Shown: one piece after another, positions 55,336-64,000 of the stretch
Layout: each line of letters opens with the position of its first letter
How positions within the stretch are numbered: the stretch's first letter is position 1
From: Calditrichales bacterium
GTDB taxonomy: Bacteria; Calditrichota; Calditrichia; Calditrichales; J004
Length of the DNA: 64,000 bases
Direction: 5' to 3'
Assembly (NCBI GenBank): GCA_015493745.1
Contig: WGCN01000099.1
Coordinates: 1,541 to 65,540, forward strand
Translations under genes and position numbers: made by a program
The notes under the pieces: model-generated
The model's database searches: none
What the model was told of the DNA's origin: nothing
Seen by the model: the letters and a program-made list of their open reading frames with translations, nothing else

Positions 55336-56988
55336 ATGAAAAGAGTTCTTTTGTTCATTATCGGGATTTCCGCCGCGCTTTGGGCGCGGGAAGCGGAATA
55401 TCTGCGGAACCTGCCCTTTGAGATGCCGGCCATCAAACAAACCTCCTTCCCGGAGCGGGATTTCAACATCCTCGATTTTGGCGCCACCGGTGACGGGCAT
55501 ACGCTCAACACCCGGGCCATTAACCGGGCCATGGAAGCGGCGGCACGCGCCGGCGGCGGAAGGGTCGTCATTCCCCGGGGGATATGGCTTACCGGCCCCA
55601 TCCGTCTTAAAAGCAACATCAATTTACACCTGGAAGCAGGGGCCCTGGTTTTGTTCAGCTCCGATCTGAAGGAGTACGAAATCATTGAAACCGTTTGGGA
55701 AGGACGGCCGCAAAAACGGTTCATCTCGCCTCTTTACGGCAAGGATCTGGAAAATATCGCCATCACCGGCAAGGGGGTGTTTGACGGTTCCGGTGATAAA
55801 TGGCGACCGGTTTTAAAGTGGGAAATGACCGCCGGGCAGTGGCAGGCGCTGGTGCAAAGGGGCGGCACGGTTACCCGGCAGTGGGGCACCGATGTCTGGT
55901 GGCCTTCACAGCAGGCGGCCCGGGGGGCGGAAACGGTTAAAGCCCTGGATAAAAGAGAAGCGTCTCTCGAAGAATACCGCAAGGCGGGGGAGTATCTGCG
56001 CCCGGTTCTGCTCAGCCTGGTAAACTGCCGGCGGGTATTGCTGGACGGGCCCACTTTTCAAAATTCGCCGGCCTGGAACATCCATCCCCGGGAGTGCGAG
56101 GATGTGATCATCCGTAATATTACCGTGCGCAATCCCTGGTATTCCACCAACGGCGACGGGCTGGATATCGAATCCAGCAAAAATGTACTGGTTCATAGCA
56201 GCACCTTTGATGTGGGCGATGACGCCATCTGCCTGAAATCGGGCCGGGACGCTTATGGCCGGGCGCTGGGTAAGCCCAGTGAAAATATAGTAATCGCCAA
56301 CTGCACCGTCTATAACGGCCATGGCGGCTTTGTCATCGGCAGCGAAATGTCCGGCGGCGTGCGCAATGTGCTGGTACGCGATTGCCTCTTTATCGGCACC
56401 GATCTCGGTTTGCGTTTTAAAAGCGCCCGCGGCCGCGGCGGCGTGGTGGAAAATATCTATATCCGCGATATTCTGATGAAGGATATCCATACCGACGCCA
56501 TCCGTTTTAACACCTTTTACCGGGGTGTTTCCCCCAAGGAGAGTTTTGGCCGGGCGGACTATAAAAAGCAGACGCCGGCGCCCGTAACGGAAGAGACGCC
56601 CCTGTTCCGGAACATATATATGGAAAATATTGTGTGTAGCGGCGCGGGCCGGGCGGCATTCATACAGGGCCTGCCCGAACAGGCGGTGCGGGGAATAGAA
56701 ATAAAAAATCTGCGTGTCAGCGCCGATCAGGGAATTACGGTGGTCAATACGGACGGACTGAAATTTATCGACTCTTCGCTGGATATCCCGCAAGGCGAAA
56801 CGGTCTATATCGTTAACAGCAGGGATATCGCTTTTGTGGCCAACCATCCCCCGGCGGGCGCGCTTCGTGTCTGGCTGGCCGGGCCCAAAACAGGCGCTGT
56901 CTTATTTAAGGGATACGACCCCCGGGAAATTACGGAGTCTCTTCGTCTGGACAACGATGTGCCGAACAGGCCCCGCATCGAGCGCTGA
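55336..56988 (+). CDS. glycoside hydrolase family 28 (polygalacturonase/rhamnogalacturonase-type)
   Basis: Signal peptide present. The GH28 blocks are NGDGLDI, VGDDAICLKSG, GHGGFVIGSE and GLRFKS. Confidence 0.85.
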   Translation: MKRVLLFIIGISAALWAREAEYLRNLPFEMPAIKQTSFPERDFNILDFGATGDGHTLNTRAINRAMEAAARAGGGRVVIPRGIWLTGPIRLKSNINLHLEAGALVLFSSDLKEYEIIETVWEGRPQKRFISPLYGKDLENIAITGKGVFDGSGDKWRPVLKWEMTAGQWQALVQRGGTVTRQWGTDVWWPSQQAARGAETVKALDKREASLEEYRKAGEYLRPVLLSLVNCRRVLLDGPTFQNSPAWNIHPRECEDVIIRNITVRNPWYSTNGDGLDIESSKNVLVHSSTFDVGDDAICLKSGRDAYGRALGKPSENIVIANCTVYNGHGGFVIGSEMSGGVRNVLVRDCLFIGTDLGLRFKSARGRGGVVENIYIRDILMKDIHTDAIRFNTFYRGVSPKESFGRADYKKQTPAPVTEETPLFRNIYMENIVCSGAGRAAFIQGLPEQAVRGIEIKNLRVSADQGITVVNTDGLKFIDSSLDIPQGETVYIVNSRDIAFVANHPPAGALRVWLAGPKTGAVLFKGYDPREITESLRLDNDVPNRPRIER

Positions 56989-57118
56989 AAGGGCTTTGAC
57001 GGACAGCCACTGACTACTTTATTCCTCCATTTAATTCTTTATAATATGATTATCGGCCTCGCCCCCTTATTATCCTGCCTGTATAAAATGTTCTTATCAA
57101 GCGGGGCTGACAGATATT

Positions 57119-57997
57119 ATGAAATCTAAAAGCTGGTTATACTACGCGCTTATAACCACCGTGCTTTGGGGGGTATGGGGCGCTTTGATTGAAATACCGG
57201 AAAAAGCGGGTTTCCCGGCAACGCTGGGTTATGCCGTTTGGGCGCTAACCCTGATACCGGTAAGTTTTGTGGCCCTGCGGATGATCGCCTGGGAGCTCGA
57301 TCGTTCCCGGCGGGCCGTTTTGCTGGGCATTGGCGCCGGACTGATGGGCTCCGGGGGGCAGTTGATTTTGTTTGAAACCCTGCGCCTGGGTCCGGCCTAT
57401 ATCGTTTTTCCCCTGATCTCCCTCTATCCCGTGGTGACCATCATTCTTTCGGTACTCATCCTTAAGGAAAAAGCCGGGCTCCGCGCCTGGATCGGTATTG
57501 TGGTGGCCCTGATTGCCGTGGTGTTGTTCTCCTATCAGGAACCCAACGCTTCGCCGGTCAAGGGTTTCTTCTGGATGGTGCTGGCCATGATCGTCTTTTT
57601 GCTGTGGGGGATTCAGGCCTTTTTGCTTAAGCTGGGCGGAGACGCTTCGGAACCGGGCAGCATCAAGCCGGAAAGCTTTACCTTTTATACCATGGTCAGT
57701 TCCGTCCTGCTGATACCGGTCGCGCTTATGATGACCGACTTCTCCGCGGATATCAACTGGGGCTTTTCCGGGGTCTATACCGCCGTGCTGGTGCAGTTGC
57801 TTAATGCCGCCGGTTTTCTCTTTTTTGCCTATACCATTCGCTATGGAAAAGCCATCGTGGTGGTGCCGCTGATGTCCCTGGCGCCGGTGGTAACCGTTCT
57901 GCTTTCCCTGGTCATCTACTCGGTCATTCCGCATCCCATTACGCTAAGCGGCATGGCTCTGGCCTTTGTGGCCATTTTTCTGCTGTCAAAAGAATAA
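57119..57997 (+). CDS. DMT-superfamily (EamA-like) transporter
   Basis: 292 aa with ~10 TM helices arranged as two repeated halves, typical of EamA/DMT carriers. Confidence 0.7.
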   Translation: MKSKSWLYYALITTVLWGVWGALIEIPEKAGFPATLGYAVWALTLIPVSFVALRMIAWELDRSRRAVLLGIGAGLMGSGGQLILFETLRLGPAYIVFPLISLYPVVTIILSVLILKEKAGLRAWIGIVVALIAVVLFSYQEPNASPVKGFFWMVLAMIVFLLWGIQAFLLKLGGDASEPGSIKPESFTFYTMVSSVLLIPVALMMTDFSADINWGFSGVYTAVLVQLLNAAGFLFFAYTIRYGKAIVVVPLMSLAPVVTVLLSLVIYSVIPHPITLSGMALAFVAIFLLSKE

Positions 57998-58034
57998 CCG
58001 TTATAACAACAACACGTCTATCTTGAGGTAAAAA

Positions 58035-58874
58035 ATGCATAAGTACAGAATGAATCGTTTGTTTAGTTCCGCCGGCAAATGCCTGGATGTGGCCATCGAT
58101 CACGGTTTTTTTAACGAAGCGGCTTTTTTAAGCGGCATCGAGGATATGCACAAGGCCATAAAAACCATCGTCGACGCCCGGCCGGATGCCATTCAGTTGA
58201 CCGTGGGGCAGGCCCATATTTTGCAATCCCTTCCCGGGAAGGATAAGCCGGCGCTGGTTCTGCGCACCGATATCGCCAATTGCTACGGCACCAAACTGCC
58301 GGACTATATCTACAGCCGCATGATAGAGCGTCCCGTGGAACAGGCGCTCCGGTTTGATGCGGCCTGCGTGGTCGTTAACCTGTTACAGTTGCCGGATCAG
58401 CCGGCCCTGCACGAGCAATGCGTGGAAAATATCTGCCGTATAAAACCCGAATGCGAACGCTATGGCATGCCGCTGATGGTTGAGCCGCTGGTGATGAAGC
58501 CCAACAGTGAAAAGGGCGGCTATATGGTGGACGGCGATTTGGCCAAGATACTTCCCCTGGTGCGCCAGGCGGCCGAGTTGGGGGCCGATATCATCAAAGC
58601 CGACCCCTGCGACGATGTGGAGGATTATCATAAGGTGATAGAAGTTGCCGGACGGCCCGTGTTGCCCCGTGGCGGCGGCCGCGCTCCGGAAGCGGAAATC
58701 TTACGCCGCACCCACGATCTTATCCGCCAGGGCGCGCAAGGCATCGTTTACGGACGCAATATCATCCAGCATGAAAATCCGGCGGGGATGACCCAGGCAC
58801 TGATGGCCATCCTGCATGAGGACGCGGATGTCTCCTCCGCCATGGAGATACTGCGGGGCCGGGGAGGTCAGTGA
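58035..58874 (+). CDS. DhnA/FbaB/LsrF-type class I aldolase-family protein
   Basis: LDVAIDHG at the N-terminus, GADIIKADP (Schiff-base Lys block) and GIVYGRNI at the C-terminus match the DeoC/FbaB class I aldolase family. Confidence 0.65.
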   Translation: MHKYRMNRLFSSAGKCLDVAIDHGFFNEAAFLSGIEDMHKAIKTIVDARPDAIQLTVGQAHILQSLPGKDKPALVLRTDIANCYGTKLPDYIYSRMIERPVEQALRFDAACVVVNLLQLPDQPALHEQCVENICRIKPECERYGMPLMVEPLVMKPNSEKGGYMVDGDLAKILPLVRQAAELGADIIKADPCDDVEDYHKVIEVAGRPVLPRGGGRAPEAEILRRTHDLIRQGAQGIVYGRNIIQHENPAGMTQALMAILHEDADVSSAMEILRGRGGQ

Positions 58875-60025
58875 TGGCAGCGCAACGGGTCGTCAGGTTC
58901 GGTATCATCGGCGCGGGACTGATGGGCCGGGAGTTTGCCGTGGCCGCCGCGCGCTGGGCCACCCTTACCGGGCTGGAATGCCGTCCGGAGATTGTGGCCG
59001 TATGCGACTTGAACAGCGAGCTGTTGTCATGGTACGGGCGCAATTTTGACTCCGTCAAACAACAAACCACGGACTACAGGGCCCTGCTTGAAAACAGGGA
59101 AGTGGAAGCCGTTTATTGCGCGGTGCCCCATAATCTGCACCGGGATATCTATTCGGACATCATCCGCGCGGGCAAGCATCTAATGGCCGAAAAACCCTTT
59201 GGCATTGACAGGGAGGCCAATGGGGACATTTTAAGCGTTCTGGAGAAGAATCCCGGCGTATTCGTGCGCTGCTCCTCGGAATTTCCTTTTTTCCCCGGCG
59301 GTCTGCGCATGCAAAAACTTATTCGTGAAAATCCCTGGGGACGCATTCTGGAGGTGAATTGCGGTTTTCTTCACTCCTCGGATATGGACTATAATAAGCC
59401 CATAAACTGGAAAAGGATGGCCCGCTATAACGGCGCCTACGGCTGCATGGGCGATCTGGGCATGCATGCCCTGCATATTCCCATCCGCTCCGGCTGGCTG
59501 CCGCGCAGGTTGTATGCTTCCCTGACCAACGTGGTGGAGCGCCGGCCCGACGGCCGGGGAGGATTTACCGCCTGCGATACCTGGGATAACGCCACCCTGC
59601 TCTGTGAAACCCGCCATCCGCGCGAGGGCTATGACTTTCCGTTGACGGTAAAAACACAGCGCATCGCGCCGGGACAAACCGACACCTGGTATATCGAAAT
59701 TCTAGGTACCAAATACAGCGCGCGCTACTCCACCAAGTATCCTAAAACCTTTGAATATATGAGCTATGAAAACGGCGGCGCCCAGGAATGGCGGCGCGAG
59801 GACATGGGCTTTGCCTCCCTTTATCAAACCATCACCGGTGGTATATTTGAATTTGGTTTTACCGACGCCATTATGCAAATGTGGGCCGCCTTCATGGATG
59901 AATTGTGCCATCCGGAAAAGGAAATGCCCTATGGCTGTATCCGGCCCGAAGAGACAAAACTTCAGCACGACATTCTCAGCGCCGCCCTGAAATCGGCGGC
60001 GAAGGGCCTTGTCGTTACGCCATGA
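58871..60025 (+). CDS. Gfo/Idh/MocA-family oxidoreductase
   Basis: FGIIGAGLMGRE Rossmann motif and MAEKPFG motif. The GTG/ATG start overlaps the upstream stop. Confidence 0.85.
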   Translation: MMAAQRVVRFGIIGAGLMGREFAVAAARWATLTGLECRPEIVAVCDLNSELLSWYGRNFDSVKQQTTDYRALLENREVEAVYCAVPHNLHRDIYSDIIRAGKHLMAEKPFGIDREANGDILSVLEKNPGVFVRCSSEFPFFPGGLRMQKLIRENPWGRILEVNCGFLHSSDMDYNKPINWKRMARYNGAYGCMGDLGMHALHIPIRSGWLPRRLYASLTNVVERRPDGRGGFTACDTWDNATLLCETRHPREGYDFPLTVKTQRIAPGQTDTWYIEILGTKYSARYSTKYPKTFEYMSYENGGAQEWRREDMGFASLYQTITGGIFEFGFTDAIMQMWAAFMDELCHPEKEMPYGCIRPEETKLQHDILSAALKSAAKGLVVTP

Positions 60026-60075
60026 CGTCCGGGAATAAAATATGATTTTGTTTCACTTTCCAGGAGATTGATAAA

Positions 60076-61458
60076 ATGATTAAGCCAAAAGTAGGATTTA
60101 TAGTATACGGAGTTCATAAGGACGGACTGCTTGATCCCATGGGGACGCCTTTTATTGACGAGGCCCTGGTGGGTGCCGCCCGCCAAAGCCTGCGGCAGGC
60201 GGGACTGGAACTGGTGGAACATGACCTGGTTATAGCCAGCCGCGAGGAAGCCCGGGCTTGTTTTGCCAAATATAAAAAGATGGATGATCTGGACGCCGTG
60301 GTGCTTTTTTCCGGCACCTGGGTCTGGGCGGCCCATCTGATAGCCGCCATTCGCGACTTCTCCTTTAGCGGCAAGGGCATCGTTTTGTGGACCCATCCCG
60401 GATCACAGGGCTGGCGGCCGGTGGGGGGACTGGTGATGCAGGCCGCGCTTAAGGAGGTGGGCATCGCTCACCGCTTTGTTTATGGCGCCCATGATGATGC
60501 CGCGGATATGAATAAAATTGTCTCCTATTGCCTGGCCGCCCATGAAAAAAACAGTCTGAATATGAGTACGGTGGGCGTTTTTGGCGGACGCGGCATGGGA
60601 CAAACCTGCGGAGCGGCGGATCCTTCCCAGTGGATGCGTCAGTTTGGCATCGATATCGACTCCCGCGATACCACCGAACTGATAAAGACCGCCGGGGAGG
60701 TCAGCGCGGAGGAGATTCTTGAAGCGCGCAAAGCCATACAGCCCCTGTTTGCCGATCCCATTCCCGATAATGAAACCGCCGGGAAATCGATCCGCCTTTA
60801 TCTGGCCCTTAAAAAAATCGTGGCCCGGGAGAAATGGGCCACCTACACCATTCAGTCCTTTCCCGGTCTGGGCGATGACTACAGCGCTACCTGCTTTGCC
60901 CAAAGCATGATGCTCAACGAAGGCATGGGGACTTCGACCCTGTCCGATTTTAACACGCTGTTGACATCAAAACTGCTCTCCGACCTGAGTGAGGATCCCG
61001 TGTATTACGGCGATTTACAGCATGTGGATAAATCCAATAATGAGATAAAAATCATTGGCGACGGAGCCTGTCCGCCTTCACTGGCCGGAACGCTTGAGCC
61101 GGCCGGATTTGCCGAGCACGGCATCCCCACCGAGGGTGAAGCGGGGGGCATCTCCGTAAAACTGGTCTGCAAACCGGGCAAGGGCGTGCTGGCCCGGCTG
61201 GGACGGAACAACGGCGCCTTTGAAATGGTGATCACCCGCTGCACCGTCTTTGAACCCTCCGCGGAGGAGTTGGAAAAAAGAAAACTGGAGTGCGGCATTC
61301 CCTTTTGGCCCCATGCCTTTGTTACCGCCCATTGCGATATCGAGGCCCTGTTGCAGGCCTGGAATAACGAATATGCCGTTCTGGGTTACGGCGAGCATCT
61401 CTATGACGCGCTGGTCGACTTTTGCGCCCTTACCGGCATAAAGGCCATTGCCCTGTGA
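60076..61458 (+). CDS. L-fucose/L-arabinose isomerase-family protein (specificity unknown)
   Basis: 460 aa. The N-terminal KVGFIVYGV..., the overall size and the layout resemble FucI/AraA-like sugar isomerases. Recognition is by general pattern only. Confidence 0.45.
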   Translation: MIKPKVGFIVYGVHKDGLLDPMGTPFIDEALVGAARQSLRQAGLELVEHDLVIASREEARACFAKYKKMDDLDAVVLFSGTWVWAAHLIAAIRDFSFSGKGIVLWTHPGSQGWRPVGGLVMQAALKEVGIAHRFVYGAHDDAADMNKIVSYCLAAHEKNSLNMSTVGVFGGRGMGQTCGAADPSQWMRQFGIDIDSRDTTELIKTAGEVSAEEILEARKAIQPLFADPIPDNETAGKSIRLYLALKKIVAREKWATYTIQSFPGLGDDYSATCFAQSMMLNEGMGTSTLSDFNTLLTSKLLSDLSEDPVYYGDLQHVDKSNNEIKIIGDGACPPSLAGTLEPAGFAEHGIPTEGEAGGISVKLVCKPGKGVLARLGRNNGAFEMVITRCTVFEPSAEELEKRKLECGIPFWPHAFVTAHCDIEALLQAWNNEYAVLGYGEHLYDALVDFCALTGIKAIAL

Positions 61459-62321
61459 TTCGCCGTGAGTACCGGGACGAAAACTGGTACATGTTGTATA
61501 CCCCGGAAGACGGCGCACGCATCGATCGACTGCAATACCGGGATGTGGATCTGCTCACCACGCGCCCCGAATCCTTTCGCCCGCCCCGGCAGGATTACGG
61601 CCGCTATGAAACGCGTCCGGTGTATGGTTATGACGATTGTTTTCCCAGTGTGGAGGAAAGCGCTTATCCCGGTATGGATTGGCGGGTGCCCGACCACGGT
61701 GAGATTTGCTGGCTGAAGTGGGATGCGGTTCCCCATGACAACGGTGTTTTTTTTATTGTGAAAAGCAGCAGACTGCCCCTGGTGTTTAAGCGCAAAATGG
61801 TTTTTACGGAAAGTGAATTGCAATGGCATTTTGAGGTGGTTAATCACGGCGATAAAACCTATCCCTTTCAGCATGTGATTCACCCCATGATACCGCTGGA
61901 CGATGTCAGCGCCGTTGAATTGCCGGAATTTAGCGAAACCCATGACGCCATCCGGAACAAAAAACTTGAGCTCAAAAGCGCCCCGGAACTGTCGCGTTTT
62001 CTGCTGGCGCGTCCGCGGGGGTCGGCCAATATGCTTTTTGTGCGGGGCGTGGCGTCCAACCGGGTGTACTTTGAGCTGAGGAAACAACTGGGTTTGACCA
62101 TTGTTTTTCCGGCGGAATACTTTTCAACCATCGGCATCTGGTGGAACAGGGACGGCTATCCCGATGAAGAGGGGCTGCGCCGCAATGAATGCGCCTTTGA
62201 ACCGGTGCCCGGCTCCAACAGCACCCTGTCCGATGCCTTTGAAGAAAATCGCTGTCTGTTTGTGGAACCCGGGCAGAGATTCCGCTGGCAAATAAGCTGG
62301 CATCTTCAGGCCGTTGACTGA
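61455..62321 (+). CDS. hypothetical protein, galactose-mutarotase-like fold suspected
   Basis: A GTG start at 61455 overlaps the upstream stop (GTGA). It is beta-rich with DDCFP, PDHGEICW, FQHVIHP and ECAFEPVPG motifs reminiscent of aldose-1-epimerase-superfamily proteins. Confidence 0.35.
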   Translation: MIRREYRDENWYMLYTPEDGARIDRLQYRDVDLLTTRPESFRPPRQDYGRYETRPVYGYDDCFPSVEESAYPGMDWRVPDHGEICWLKWDAVPHDNGVFFIVKSSRLPLVFKRKMVFTESELQWHFEVVNHGDKTYPFQHVIHPMIPLDDVSAVELPEFSETHDAIRNKKLELKSAPELSRFLLARPRGSANMLFVRGVASNRVYFELRKQLGLTIVFPAEYFSTIGIWWNRDGYPDEEGLRRNECAFEPVPGSNSTLSDAFEENRCLFVEPGQRFRWQISWHLQAVD

Positions 62322-62365
62322 CGGCCGCCCGGAGGAAGAGGATTTTTTAAACGCAGAAAAAGAAA

Positions 62366-63379
62366 GTGAACGATATGCCTCTTATTACAGAGCGTAAACA
62401 GGTTGAGGCTATTTATGAAAGCGCGGCGGTCCGGGGGTGGGTGTTGCCCGCCTTTAACACGGAAAACCTGACCACCACGGAAGCCATTCTGGCGGCGGCC
62501 ACGGAGTACGCGGCCGGTCGCGGGCTGAGCGATATGCCGGTGATCATCGGTATTACCAACAATTATCCCTCGCGTCCTCAGGCGCGTAAATACAGCCATG
62601 GCGCCCAGTGGGAACTGGGCATGCGTCTGTTCCTAAAGGAACTGGAGATATTAACCTCTCCGGACTCGCCTTATGCCGCGTTGCAGGTAATGATTCATCT
62701 GGATCATATACTGTGGGATGTGGACGCCGGATTGCTGGAATGGGACATGGGGCAGTTTTCCTCGATCATGTTTGATGCCTCCACCCTCTCCCTGGAAGAA
62801 AATATCGCTAAAACCGCGGCCTTTGTGGAAAAACATCAACGGCATATCCTGATCGAGGGAGCCTGCGATGTGATCCGCCCGGCGTCGGACAACGATACCG
62901 GGCTGACCACGCCGGAGGACGCCCACGCCTATCTCAGCAAAACCGGCGTGGATATCATCGTGGCCAACCTGGGGACGGAGCACCGCGCTTCCCGGGCAGG
63001 CGTAAGGTATCATGCCTCGCTGGCCCGGGAGATCAGCAGGCGTTTGGGGCGCGGATGTCTGTGCCTGCACGGCGCTTCATCGGTTCCCCCGGAACATCTG
63101 GGCACCCTGTTTAACGACGGTATCCGGCGGATAAACATCTGGACGGCCCTGGAGCGGGAAAGCTCCGCCGTGCTGTTGCAGTCCATGCTCAAGCACGCCT
63201 CGTCCATAGTCGGCGCGGACAAAACAAGGCAATTACTGGAAAAAGGATGGCTGGGGCCGCTGGTTAAGGCGGAGAACGAAGCCTCGGTTGACTATTGTAC
63301 TACGGCCTATCGCCAGGAAATAGTATTTAAAGCCATGAAGGAAATGGTAAAAAAGTATTACCGGATATTTTACGGTTAA
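62366..63379 (+). CDS. class II (metal-dependent) ketose-bisphosphate aldolase-family protein
   Basis: VLPAFNTENLTTTEAILAAA, MIHLDH, SIMFDAS and VANLGTEH match class II FBA/tagatose-bisphosphate aldolase blocks. GTG start; an alternative ATG is at 62375. Confidence 0.6.
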   Translation: MNDMPLITERKQVEAIYESAAVRGWVLPAFNTENLTTTEAILAAATEYAAGRGLSDMPVIIGITNNYPSRPQARKYSHGAQWELGMRLFLKELEILTSPDSPYAALQVMIHLDHILWDVDAGLLEWDMGQFSSIMFDASTLSLEENIAKTAAFVEKHQRHILIEGACDVIRPASDNDTGLTTPEDAHAYLSKTGVDIIVANLGTEHRASRAGVRYHASLAREISRRLGRGCLCLHGASSVPPEHLGTLFNDGIRRINIWTALERESSAVLLQSMLKHASSIVGADKTRQLLEKGWLGPLVKAENEASVDYCTTAYRQEIVFKAMKEMVKKYYRIFYG

Positions 63380-63416
63380 CGGGAGCGGGGTTTAACCCAG
63401 GGATGCATGGCGTATC

Positions 63417-64000
63417 ATGAAAAAGAGTGAAAAAAAGCATTATCTCGGGCTTGATATCGGCAGCAGTGGTTGCAAGGCGGTTGTTTTTGACGACCGCGGC
63501 CGTCAGCGGGCCTCGGCCTACCGTGAATATGACGTCCGCTTTACGGAAGATGGCGGAGCGGAACTGGATAGCGATGAGGTGATAGAACGTTGTTTTGAAG
63601 TTGTCCGTCAGTGCGCCTCCGGGGTTGAAGCGGGATCGGTGGCCGCCCTGGCCGTTTCCAGTCAGGGCGAGGCCTTTACCGCCGTGGATGATTCGGGCCG
63701 GGCCCTGTGCCGGGCCATGATCTCCTCGGATACGCGGGCCGAGGCCTGTGTGGAACCTGCGTTGCAGGCCCTTGGCCGCGAAAAACTGTACCGGACCACG
63801 GGGCATACCGCGCATCCCATGTTTACCCTGTTTAAGCTGCTGTGGTTCCGGGAAAACAGAGCCGATCTTTGGCGGCGGACCCGCTATTTTTTATGCTTTG
63901 AAGACTTGTTCCACTTACGGTTGGGGCTCAAGCCGGCCATCGGCCATTCCCTGGCCGGGCGCACCATGCTGTTTGATGTCCGCCGCAAAAAGTGGGCCCC
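63417..64000 (+). CDS. FGGY-family carbohydrate kinase (xylulokinase-like), N-terminal part; 3' end lies outside the window
   Basis: This ORF is absent from the ORF track because it runs off the window. My own translation gives MKKSEKKHYLGLDIGSSGCKAVVFDD..AVSSQGEAFTAVD..HPMFTLFKLLWFREN, the FGGY N-terminal domain signature. The frame stays open to position 64000. Confidence 0.8.
   Translation, partial: MKKSEKKHYLGLDIGSSGCKAVVFDDRGRQRASAYREYDVRFTEDGGAELDSDEVIERCFEVVRQCASGVEAGSVAALAVSSQGEAFTAVDDSGRALCRAMISSDTRAEACVEPALQALGREKLYRTTGHTAHPMFTLFKLLWFRENRADLWRRTRYFLCFEDLFHLRLGLKPAIGHSLAGRTMLFDVRRKKWA

Noticed and set aside
58035-64000. The idea that the DhnA/LsrF-like aldolase plus the FGGY (LsrK-like) kinase form an AI-2 (lsr) processing locus.
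   Set aside because: There are no LsrG, LsrB, LsrACD ABC transporter or LsrR equivalents. The presence of a sugar isomerase, a class II aldolase and a dehydrogenase fits carbohydrate catabolism better.
1-64000. A search for CRISPR arrays, tRNA/rRNA genes, IS elements or integrases, toxin-antitoxin or defence-system genes, and sigma-54 promoters (TGGCAC-N5-TTGC).
   Set aside because: Intergenic regions are short (332 nt at most), and none shows a repeat-spacer periodicity, tRNA T-arm/acceptor features, terminal inverted repeats or a correctly spaced GG-N10-GC element. No ORF shows transposase, integrase or nuclease motifs that I can recognise.

Overview
This is a 64-kb chromosomal window from a Gram-negative bacterium with about 50-55% GC by eye. 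Many genes have Shine-Dalgarno-like sites. Three secreted proteins carry C-terminal sorting domains of the type IX secretion system (T9SS), and a PorV-like barrel is present. Together these suggest a non-Bacteroidia member of the FCB superphylum; this placement is inference and no database was searched. I found no rRNA, tRNA, CRISPR array, transposase or integrase. About 50 genes are tightly packed, and all but two (8114-8998 and maeB) lie on the + strand.

Gene content in order:
- 1-14.8 kb, housekeeping: tail of an NtrC-type sigma-54 activator, LptE-like lipoprotein, acidic TPR protein, giant S8 subtilase, coaE, purC, spmAB-like membrane proteins, maeB.
- 15.1-22.4 kb: a LacI-led hexuronate operon of the tagaturonate-epimerase type (uxaC, uxaE-like, SDR reductase, uxuA, eda, kdgK).
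- 22.5-27.0 kb: an uncharacterised module of a DapA-like aldolase, an NAD-epimerase-fold protein, a GNAT acetyltransferase and an M20 hydrolase.
- 27.0-32.3 kb: a sulfatase module (anaerobic sulfatase-maturating enzyme with a SEC-C tail, Cys-type sulfatase, T9SS-tagged amidohydrolase, M20 peptidase).
- 32.4-33.9 kb: two response regulators with no kinase nearby.
- 34.0-43.3 kb: a terminator-bounded four-gene outer-membrane operon (SurA-like lipoprotein, SusC-type TonB-dependent barrel, 1172-aa T9SS-tagged protein of unknown function, PorV-like barrel).
- 43.3-64 kb: a long carbohydrate-utilisation run (GH36-like hydrolase, TIM-barrel isomerase, Gfo/Idh/MocA oxidoreductases, two sodium:solute symporters, a protein with 12 Asp-boxes, nagB, nagA, GH28, EamA transporter, class I and class II aldolases, FucI-like isomerase, mutarotase-like protein, FGGY kinase).

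The best candidate for an undescribed system is the SusD-less outer-membrane operon at 34.0-43.3 kb, together with its upstream regulators. All functional calls rest on motifs I recognised in the supplied translations; no homology search was possible.
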